Positions 63,551-64,000 of a stretch of 64,000 nt of DNA are shown here, piece by piece. The stretch comes from Balanoglossus misakiensis (Eukaryota; Animalia; Hemichordata): positions 12,775,129 to 12,839,128 of the forward strand of contig CM082576.2 of assembly GCA_040954595.2 (NCBI GenBank), written 5' to 3'. The notes below the pieces were generated by a model. The model did no database searches. It saw only the letters and a list, made by a program, of their open reading frames with translations, and was not told where the DNA came from. Positions within the stretch are counted from its first letter, which is position 1. Each line of letters begins with the position of its first letter. A program made the position numbers and the translations under genes.

Positions 63551-64000
63551 GTTACCACTAAACACACGCACCAGTGCAGTACCAGTACCCGGCAAATCGA
63601 TCGAGCGGCGTCCTTCACACTGCCTAGTTACCACTTTGCATAAAACACGCTGTGACAATGGGCCATTCAATTCAGCGTCTGGCTCACCGGGGCTGACAAC
63701 CCCAAAATGTTTCGAGTGAGGGCCCGCCGAGAGAAATGGATAGGGTCGACTTGTTTGTATTTTTTCGAAGGTGGTATTAACTACCCTATCATCTGACTGC
63801 AGGATTTGACTTGCTTTCGAAATTCTTGATTTACAGTACACTGAGAATGTACAGTTATCCTCAGTCACCGCTTCATTAATATAACTGTAGCCCTGACGCC
63901 CTGGTAGATGTTTTTTTTTTTTTTTTTTTTTTTTTGGGGGGGGGGCTTACATCAGACGTTGGGCTGGGGATGGTTAGCCATGTGAACATACGTATTTAAA

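Noticed and set aside
63170-63868. 232-aa minus-strand ORF as a stand-alone gene
   Set aside because: Only 63550-63425 is supported (STPG4 exon 1, good ATG context and a GTGAG donor); the rest is promoter and intron read-through.

Overview
Eukaryotic, AT-rich, intron-rich animal DNA, probably a marine invertebrate deuterostome such as a hemichordate (inferred, not proven). Left to right: (1) three tandem plus-strand genes for uncharacterised single-pass membrane proteins (1-18152). They share TM-exon architecture, and genes 2 and 3 share a short 3-Cys 'CYGS...C..C..DLPGPP' ectodomain, but their cytoplasmic tails differ: a 36-bp tandem array of ITSM-like TDYVxV motifs, a PDZ-type end, and basic clusters with a Src-SH3-type ligand. 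(2) RPS27A (ubiquitin-S27a fusion, minus strand) hosting three SNORD58-like C/D snoRNAs and one candidate H/ACA snoRNA. (3) Head-to-head with it, an 18-exon TTC7 gene (~854 aa). Its intron 1 holds a 1.25-kb near-perfect foldback element with a 7-bp TSD (P/Galileo-like), and it has two candidate microexons. (4) A ~7.5-kb array of ~85 copies of an 88-bp satellite with higher-order blocks, bracketed by a 123-bp direct duplication. (5) A 7-exon STPG4 gene (minus strand) convergent on TTC7, the same arrangement as human TTC7A-STPG4. All gene models were read by eye from splice signals and reading frames; no database search was run.
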